From the NCBI GenBank assembly GCA_001929475.1, contig LXFE01000148.1:1-32314 (forward strand): a DNA stretch of 32,314 bases, written 5' to 3'. Below, in pieces: positions 23,928-32,314 of the stretch (within the stretch, counting starts at the first letter, position 1; each line of letters begins with the position of its first letter). The notes under the pieces were generated by a model. It was not told the origin of the DNA. It worked only from the letters and a program-made list of their open reading frames with translations, and searched no databases. The translations under genes and the position numbers were made by a program. This DNA comes from Neolecta irregularis DAH-3. Its lineage: Eukaryota.

Positions 23928-25300
23928 ATGGTTAATCTACGATCTTGGATTTCGTTGGCTCTGCTACTTGTAGTACTTTACATAATATACAAGATCGACA
24001 GGTGTACAGTTCTTGCGACAATCAGCTCAGAAGCTGATGGTTTTCCAGACAATGAACCCGATATTGCATATTTCTCTTCGCGCAGGATGTTTTCATCTAA
24101 CCATCCTTTTGGAGTAACAGAGATATGCTCCACTCATCATATCCTAACCAGCCCATCGAATCCCCACGGAATCACCCCAATCGACTTCGGCTCCGCGAAA
24201 CTCAATCCAAATATCCTTCCTCTTCCCCCCAATGCAAAATATCCGTATTTTATCATTGGGAGATCTACGACGGACGGTTCGTACCAGGAAATTGTGGCCT
24301 GCTTTGCGGATTTTGAACATCTACCATTGACACAACGTCGTATTCTCAAGTGCGTTGACGAACCAAAAGTGATCACGGTCCCAAGCACGAAGGCCAAAAA
24401 ATGCGAGAAAACATGGATGGAATTAGTGAAAGGACCTCATGACCCTAGAGTTTTTTGGAGTCCGAAGGGAGAGCCACTCATGACTTTTGGCACTCAGAGT
24501 TCATTTACTTGTTTTGGCCAATGGATTGTCGATTTACGGGCTGTTTATCAACCATTGAATGACCTTCTCAGTGGAACTATCGGGGGAAATATTAATTTTT
24601 CCGAGCTACAAGAGCTTCGACGGCCTGAGCCTTATGGCGAATTCGAGAAAAATTGGTTTTTGATCTGGGATGAAACCGGAGATATGTATGTTCATCACGA
24701 CTCAAATCCCAGAGTCTTTTCAAAACTCGGCGTCGAAACCCCGGTGAATTTGGCTCAAGAGAAGCCTTGCAGATCACGTATACCACTCTGGTTGAGTTTC
24801 AATAACTTGCAGTACCAGACCCATCGCTGCTTCCAGAAGGTGTCGACCATCATCAATCGACAAACACCCTCCTTGTCTTCCTATGCAAACGCTTGTCCTG
24901 CCCACCCAATCCCCCACAAGTCCTTATATCTATCCATCAAAAGAAATACTTTGAGATGTATCACGCATTCTATCAGCGATATGTAATTGTTTACTCCGCA
25001 ACTTTTCCATTTCATGAGATTGGACGCACCAAAATGTTAGATATGCTTGGTACAAAAGAAGGCGAAATGAATTATATTGTTAGTCTAGCTTGGGAAGTTC
25101 GCAATCAGGGCAGTTTGGCTCCTCCAAAGGGTCACGTCGGCGAAGGGTTATCGGATCAAGATGCGACCTCATGGAAGGAGCATCTATATGATGGTTATCT
25201 CGATGATACTGTCCTGATCAGCCTAGGAATCGAAGACAAATATAGTGCGATGCTCGATGTAATAGCACAGGACTTGGTTGGATGCTTGGACACGTGTTAA
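23928..25300 (+). CDS. type II membrane protein, putative beta-mannosyltransferase-like (GT91/GH130-like) enzyme, 2 exons
   Basis: N-terminal TM helix, GPHDPRVFWSPKGEPL, EKNWFL, HQSTNTL. Intron 24778-24812 joins ORFs 23904-24986 and 24893-25300. The family assignment is tentative. Confidence 0.65.
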
Positions 25301-25627
25301 TTTGGTTCTTTTTTGGCGATGTAATACAACGTGTTTTGAGGGTATATTATTATAGTCGATTGAGTTTTAATCTTTATATGCTGTATGCATGTTCTCTGGG
25401 ACTTGATATTAGAATTCATTACAGAAAAAATCCCCTCAAGAGGTCTGACTATGGTTAGTTAAGGAATTCTGGGTACACTTCAAGCCTCCTGCGAAAAATA
25501 TCTGTGCAAATCTCAAGCTGGTTGAACAAAGGAGAGACGGTCTCAAGTATAGGAGCTCCATTCATCTAAAACGGAACTTTGAAGAAGTTGAATCAATTTT
25601 CTCCACCACCATATTCTGCCAACCAGC

Positions 25628-26332
25628 ATGGTAACACCACCTTTATTCAACCCGAGTCTGACCAATTGTAGTCACAGACACTCCGTCCATATTTATCTGC
25701 TGTCCGTTCTTCTCTGGCCGCTGCTTTGTGTCTAGAGAACTTTGCATCCCAAGTCGTGGAGCGCCACAATAAACCTGAAGTTGAAGTCAGGTCTAGTCTC
25801 CCATATACGACATTCATCCGCCATGCTGACTGCTGTTAGAACGACACCCGAGGTCCTTCTGCAGCCTATTCATATTTCGCGGAACGAATCAGAACGTGTA
25901 CTTATAGAACCATCAATTAATTCAATTCGGTTCAGCATCAAAATTAAGCAGGCAGATGAAATCGAACATGTTCTAGTTGATCGGTTTACTAGATTTTTAA
26001 TGGGCCGTGCAGAGGCTTTCTTCATTTTGCGGAGAAAGCCAATCAAAGTAGATTAATCGACAATGCATTTTTGACAACTAAGGGCTATGATATATCCTTT
26101 CTAATCACCAATTTTCACACAGAGAGTATGCTAAAGCACAAACTTGTGGATTTTATCATCGAGGTATCCTTGATTTTGGTTCATTCAGTTGATCTGTAGT
26201 TCATGGAGGAAGTGGACGCGGAAATCAATGAAATGAAACTTTTCCTGAACGGAAGGGCCCGATTCATTGCTGAAAGTTTTTTGGCACAGGCATAGCACAC
26301 TTTTTTGACGTTTCTGACATTAGTTCGATTAA
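25628..26332 (+). CDS. ARC19: Arp2/3 complex subunit ARPC4, 6 exons (exon 1 coding part is ATG only)
   Basis: [61 protein letters not shown]. The last intron 26290-26323 has a GC donor. Confidence 0.95.
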
Positions 26333-26784
26333 TTTGGTAGCATAGGAGATCCGGTTCCAATCATCTCCTTTTTGATGTCCATATATTCTATGAAAGGCCT
26401 GATGAAGAAATGAACTCTCAGGTCCATCAGCCTTTCTTTCCGAGTTGATGAGTCTAAAACCTTATTCAATTCTTCTATGGCCTCGATTTCCGGCCAGCAA
26501 ACATTGCCATTGACACGACGATAAGCATCCTTCGTTTGTTTTGGCAGTGAAATCTTGCGATCCACACGAAAAAATGCACTGAACGTTAAGCCTTCATAAG
26601 AGATCATAACTTTCTTACTATCAGTCATGGATTCGTAGTGATTTATTCTTCCAATTCGATATACTCCTGTATTAAACTTTTGCAGTTTGATACCTTTCTG
26701 ACCCCTTATTCTAAGAGTAGTCATGCTTCCAAGTTTGGCGATCTCTCCCTCCGGGGTGTTGAGTTGTATATTGTGAATCGACAA
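26329..26784 (-). CDS. hypothetical protein (3' portion; 5' exons up to ~27050 unresolved)
   Basis: 151-codon open frame filling the gap between ARC19 and PFK26. No motif recognised. Confidence 0.45.
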   Translation of the reverse strand: MSIHNIQLNTPEGEIAKLGSMTTLRIRGQKGIKLQKFNTGVYRIGRINHYESMTDSKKVMISYEGLTFSAFFRVDRKISLPKQTKDAYRRVNGNVCWPEIEAIEELNKVLDSSTRKERLMDLRVHFFIRPFIEYMDIKKEMIGTGSPMLPN

Positions 26785-27189
26785 ATTGTCTTAGGTAGCT
26801 CTAGGTTCATTGAGATAACTGGATGACCATCCGCGAATTTGAAAAGCTCATCAAATAATTCAAAATCCAGGAGTCTGCATTCTGCTTGTCAGTATATTCA
26901 AGGTGACACATTCCGAGCTTCATTTGATGCCAACTGCGGGAGTGAAGTAGCCTCGAGATGTGATGTTCACAGTATATCTAAGTATCTGAGAAACTTCAGT
27001 TATTCATTGATTTAGCAAATATGAAAATGCTATTAACCAGTCGGCCATGTGTTACAAGACTAACAGATGTGCTCTGCTATTTTCAGTGGTCGTCATCCCA
27101 GTCACAAGCGCTAGAATTTCGCAACAACAATCAAAGCCGCAGATTCCCACAAATTCTCCCTCATAAACCCTCATAAAGGCCAACTTACG

Positions 27190-29220
27190 ATGTCCAGAGG
27201 ACCTGCAATGCAACTCGGGTTTAGAGATGGCCCGCGACATGCAAACCTATTACTTCGAAAATCTAGTTCGTCTGCGCTGTGGATGGATCAAACTTGTACG
27301 CCGATGACCAGTCGTCCTCCTAGTCCTAAAATTGGGGCGTATGAAGATTATTTCTTGTGGTTCGAGCACTGATCTTGTAGAACAAAAGGGACTATTGATA
27401 TTCCTGGGCTTACGCGGGCGAGAGGTATGTTATTCTTGACAGGCTCCAGATAATGATATTCAGGCGGTCGCCGTAACTCAGACGATATTGGTTCAAAGTT
27501 GTGCATCGCTTTAGTCGGCCTACCTGCCAGAGGAAAATCCTATATTGTGAAAAAACTGGACCGCTATCTTAGATGGTAGTCGATCAGATTACATCAGGTT
27601 CATTGAGCAAATAGGCTTCAACATTCTACGCAAATCTTCAACGTCGGAAATTTGCGCCGAAGAAGATCCTGTGCATTAAATGACCACGATGCAAAATTCT
27701 TTGATCCCCATAATGAAGCTGCTAGGAATGTCAGGGAAGAGTTGGCAAAAGAGTGCCTCGAAGAACTAATTCATTTTCTCCTCTATGAGGGAGGCACTGT
27801 GGGTATCTTAGGTATATATCGACAAACTCTGGTCAGAGATTGACAAATTTCATAGACGCGACGAACTCTTCTCGTAGCAGGCGAAAAATGATTATAGAAA
27901 GAATAGCCCAAGAACCACATCTCAAGAGTAACTGTTAGTTTTCTGTAACTCTCTAATCGTTGCAGTACTTTTCATCGAGTCGATATGTACGGAAAGCGAG
28001 ATACTCGAAGCGAATATACGTCTGAAGCTTTCTGGACCTGATTATCATGACAAAGATCCCAGGTTATCACTTGTAGACTTTCGGAAGAGGATAGAAATGT
28101 ATGAGCAAGCCTATGAAACCATCGACGAAGACAAAGAAGAAAACATACAGTATTGCAAAGTAAACTCTTTCATTTCCGATGATATATAATAACTTGTAGC
28201 TGATCAATGTCGGAAAGAAAGTTGTTGCTTATAACATACAAGGATATCTCTCAGGTCAGGCAGTGTATTTCTTACTGAATTTCAACCTTGCACCACGGAT
28301 GATTTGGATTACACGTCATGGTAATTCTTCTTGTATATCTGTTTTGATAAGTTAGGTGAGTCTGAAGATAACCAAGAAGGAAGGATTGGAGGGGATGCCG
28401 TTCTAACCGAACGAGGACATCGTTACGCAAAAGCTCTTTCTAGATTTCTCGAACGTATGGCTAGTGTGAGCAATTCACCCAACTGATCTTTAAGAACAAC
28501 GCCGTGATTTTAATGATCGCCAAATTGAACTTCGCCAATGTAAATCTCCACTAATGTTCACAAGTTCACCTCCTCCGCCGTTAATAGAAAAATCATTCAG
28601 CGTTTGGACAAGCATGATGCAACGATCTATCCAGACATCGGAGTTTTTTGATGAAAGTGTTTACGACGTCAAAATGATGAGGATGCTGGACGAAATCAAC
28701 GCTGGTATCTGTGAGGGAATGACATACGAAGAAATAAAGCAGAGCTATCCAGAGGAATTCGAGGCAAGAAAACAAGATAAACTGAACTATCGCTATCCTG
28801 GGCCAGGAGGTGAGAGTTATTTGGATGTCATCCATCGACTGAACAGTGTGATTGTTGAGGTTGAGCGGTACGAATCTATACATATTGATTCACTAATGCT
28901 ACATTCTCAAGGATGACGGATCATGTATTACTCATAGGTCATCGTGTTGCAACCAGGATTTTGCTTGCCTACTTCTTGAACCTCGATCAGAAGGCATGAA
29001 AATACACATGTGCTGGAAAATATGCTGACTCTTCTTTCTAGCTTATTACTGACCTTGATGTTCCCTTGCATTCATTGTACGTTTTAGAGCCAAAACCATA
29101 TGGGACAGGCTTTAAAAAGTATTTTCGATTCAACCTGTTTTGGTTCTCTAACGCCGCAGGTTCACGTATGACGAAGGGAATGATCAGTTCATCGAAGCAA
29201 ATATCAAAGGCGTGTATTAG
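27190..29220 (+). CDS. PFK26: 6-phosphofructo-2-kinase (Pfk26-type), ~12 exons
   Basis: TIDIPGLT, VGLPARGKSY P-loop, FNVGN, DATNS, LFIESIC, WITRHGES, LDEINAG, YPGPGGESYLDV. Intron 28994-29041 has a GC donor. Confidence 0.9.
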
Positions 29221-29493
29221 TCTGCATCTTGTATGCTATTGAGTTTCTTTGGTTGTATGTTGATTTGCGACGGTTTCGGGGTTTGGCACATGGTACTTTT
29301 ATTCTGGCTTTCATATTTTTCGCCCTAAATGTTATAAGGCTGTTTTTTCTGCTGTATTTTGATCCTTTGAGAGATATTGTAGCATAGTTGAAGGGTGTTG
29401 TCGTGAGACTCAATCAGGTAAATCGTATAACAGTATAAATGAGGAGATCTATTTCAACATTTGACCACAATCCCCAAACCTCTATTTCATAAA

Positions 29494-31361
29494 ATGAGCA
29501 ATAGAAGCCCATCTTCAGCATTGGTTGCCTGGATGCAGCTTCTGTATGACTTCAATTATAACATGACTAATGTGACAGGATGAATGCTAAAGCAACAAAT
29601 ACTCATGTCTTGAAAGATTATGATGTTAATGTTAAAACTTGTTCTTTTGACAACTTCTTACAATATTCAACCTCAGGACCTGAACAAGGTACTATTGGAT
29701 CCTCTACAGAAGAAGAAAGAAGGAAATTCTTAGGTTTAATTCATACAGAACTGGAAAGAAGTATACCTCTTTCCCAAGAGTATTGGAGTTTGATTGAGGC
29801 ATTGAGTACAGTAAAGTCTTGTAGTTTGTCAATATTTGATAATTTAGGCAAAGCCAAATGATTCTTTAGAACAAATCAATCACTCTTTTGACAATGAAAC
29901 TCATTTGCCACAATTAATACCAAAAGAAGCTACTAAAGATAATGATTCTGCCATTAGTTCTGTATTGATTTATTTCTACTTCTGCTAAATTTCTTAGTAT
30001 AAAACAACAACTGTAGTTCCAACTCCTTTTGTGAAATCTCCAAGGCAAAATACTAATGATAATTCTCCTATTATACCTTTAACCCAAGCTTTTGTTGGAC
30101 CAATAGTTCCAGTTATTTCTATTTATCAACCTGAAGTTACTATTGGGAGACTTAGTACTGCTATAACTGATAATAAAGTTAGAATTGCTTTTAGAAAACT
30201 TCAAAGTAATTCTGTATTATATTTCTCAATAATATCTTCTAATAATATAGGCTTCTGTTAGACAAATTATTAAATTAGGTATTCCTTCTATGGTTAAGGC
30301 AACTATTTTAATAAGTTTAACAATAGCTAATCATTAGATTGATCCATTTTCTATTAAACAGTCAGAAGGTTTTGAAAATACAAATTTCTATCTAAATCAA
30401 AAAGAGCTAGATCCTTTCAACCTGAACCTACCTCTACCTTCTGCCAAAGGTATTCAATGGCATCTCAAATGGCCTAAAGAAAGAAATTTAATACTAGTAC
30501 CTATATTACCTTTATTATCTATCAAAATTATAGAAGATAATATAGTACAAGAAGAAGAGAATTCTAGAACATTTAGTATATCTAACTTAATTTCATATTC
30601 AGAACCAAGAATACCTTCAACAAATTCAATAAATAAAGCCAAAGAGAATATTGTTTCAAGTCCTAGATTATATTCTTGGGCTTCATGTTGTAGTAGTCTT
30701 ACAAGTACTCCAAGTCCAGAAAAACAAGTTTCTCCCAACAAGCAACTAATACAAGGAGGTGAAATACTTGATAAAAAATACAAAGGTAGGAATTTTATAC
30801 AAAAATCTTGGTCTCCTGCAATAAATCAACAATGTTTTATTGATAAAAAAGAATCTCCTTTAGATATATCCTTACAGTCTTTATTAGTTAAAAATTTAAA
30901 TCAACCAAAAATATCTTTCCAGTATTCTAATAAAAATAAAGGAAAATCTCTTTTGAAATCAAAAATAGAAACTCCCTATGAAAATGATACTGAACCTTGG
31001 TTATTTAATAAAGAAAGTCCATTTTTTAAAAGACCAATTTACTTTAACTCCTCAAAATATATACAAAAGGTATTTTATCTTAAAATTAATCTCTTATAAC
31101 CTTAAGATATCTTCTACATCTCTTGAGCACTCCCACTTAAATATAAAAGATGATGAGGTATTACTTTACCCCAAAAAGGATATACAGAAGAATTCTACAA
31201 ACTATTCAAATACAGATATCAGTATATTATCAAAAATAGAGATTGAAGATATTAACAACTTTATTATCAGTGAGTTAAGGGCTAAAGGTGAGAAAGAAAC
31301 TACTCTAACAAGATATAAAAAAGTACTCAATAGTTTATATGAAGAACAATATCTTATTTAA
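29494..31361 (+). CDS. orphan protein (~550 aa), 7 exons, no CpG
   Basis: Introns 29544-29578, 29811-29847, 29962-29997, 30214-30250, 30299-30337 (GC), 31070-31106 give one stop-free frame, including a 732-nt exon (30338-31069) missed by the ORF track. Confidence 0.65.
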
Positions 31362-31429
31362 AAGTCAAGGTTTTGTTATTATAAGTTTTGTAATTGTAAA
31401 ATATACTATATCCAATAAAACTTGGCTCA

Positions 31430-31775
31430 GCTTGAGAAGGGCGATATGGATAATGGGGGCTTGAGGTGGGCGAGACAGGCGCGCAAGATGGGAGGGCAAG
31501 GCGGGAGAGGTGCACAAGCCGGGAGAGACGGGCGGGCAAGACATGAGTGCGATGTGGATATGGGGAGCGCGAGACAGGCAAGGTGCGAGACAGGCCACAG
31601 GTGCGCGAGGAAAGAGAGGTGCGCGAGGCATGAGAGGCGTGAGAGGCAGGCGAGATAGGAGAGGCGCATGAGGCAGGTGAGATGGGAGAGGTGGGCAAGA
31701 TGGGAGAGATCGGCTGGCGAGGCGGGCAGACGAGGCTGGTAGGAAGGCGGATAGGAAGACAGGGGAGGAGAGGGC
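31430..31775 (+). repeat. purine-rich degenerate tandem repeat
   Basis: Recurring GCGAGACAGG, GCAAGATGGGAG and GAGAGG units. Confidence 0.7.
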
Positions 31776-31804
31776 TACATAGTATTATTGAATATCAAGT
31801 GAAA

Positions 31805-31906
31805 AGGTCCATTTCGGCCCATGGGCCAATGGGCCGGGCTTTTTTCTGAGCTAAGCCCACGGGTTTTTCATGGGCCGGGCTAAGCCCATGGCCCGTCCCA
31901 ACACTG
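31805..31906 (-). mobile_element. hAT-like transposon end with GCCC/GGGC subterminal repeats
   Basis: Minus strand reads CAGTGTTGGGACGGGCCATGGGCTTAGCCCGGCCCATG from 31906. GCCCATGG, TGGGCCGGGCT and GCTAAGCCCA are each repeated. Confidence 0.55.
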
Positions 31907-32314
31907 AACATGATGATATTGACTGTCAGCAGATATCGTTTTGAGCTCCTTTTGGTGAAAATTAGTGGGGAGATCGAGAACCGGCTTTTCGAGATTGTCC
32001 AGTACTGGATGCGGAGATGATCCCTGCAGATATCCCCAGGCAAATCTAGTGTAATAGGCTGGGAAGTCGGCACACCGAGCGAGGACCCGCGCCAAGCTAG
32101 TTGTGTGCGATTGCAAACTGAGGATGCTTTGCCAGTAGCCGGGCCGCTACGATGCATAGGGCTTCGGTAGCAGAGACAGACGGACAAGAGCCGCGCGAGA
32201 GGCCGCTGCGGGTGCGGGTGTGGCTGCGGGAAGGGCTTTAATGTGGCGTCGGGCGCAACCGGGAGGGGACGCCGCAGCCGCCGCCACCGGCAGAGCGTTC
32301 CGGGAGGCCGGCGG

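Noticed and set aside
28300-28950. Degenerate phosphatase domain in PFK26
   Set aside because: The RHG motif and the second His (IGHRV) are both present, so nothing unusual can be claimed from sequence.
31354-31698. Overlapping ORFs in the purine-rich repeat
   Set aside because: Low-complexity artefacts that are open in several frames.
195-31906. Whole window as one giant TIR element
   Set aside because: Both CAGTGTTGG ends have the same orientation, different subterminal repeats and non-matching flanks.

Overview
Compact fungal genomic DNA. A Taphrinomycotina-like organism (possibly Neolecta) is my inference from gene style only. Hand-splicing resolves about 17 tightly packed genes: TRM5, eIF3d, lipoate ligase (AIM22-like), mitochondrial tRNA thiouridylase (SLM3/MTU1), MIC19, a GAF protein, an NTF2-like protein, RPN10, a Borealin/Nbl1-like mini-gene, threonine aldolase, an F-box protein, a putative beta-mannosyltransferase-like protein, ARC19, a PFK26-type kinase and several orphans. 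Four features stand out. (1) Introns are tiny (mostly 32-38 nt) with degenerate donors, and about 8 of ~64 need GC donors, mostly GCAT. (2) An apparently intact 7-exon orphan gene lies in ~2 kb with no CpG. (3) Near the left end, broken fragments of unrelated genes (WOPR/Pac2 and TBC RabGAP) abut each other, and there are local inverted duplications elsewhere. (4) hAT-like CAGTGTTG termini occur near both ends. All gene models and counts are manual and unverified by transcripts.
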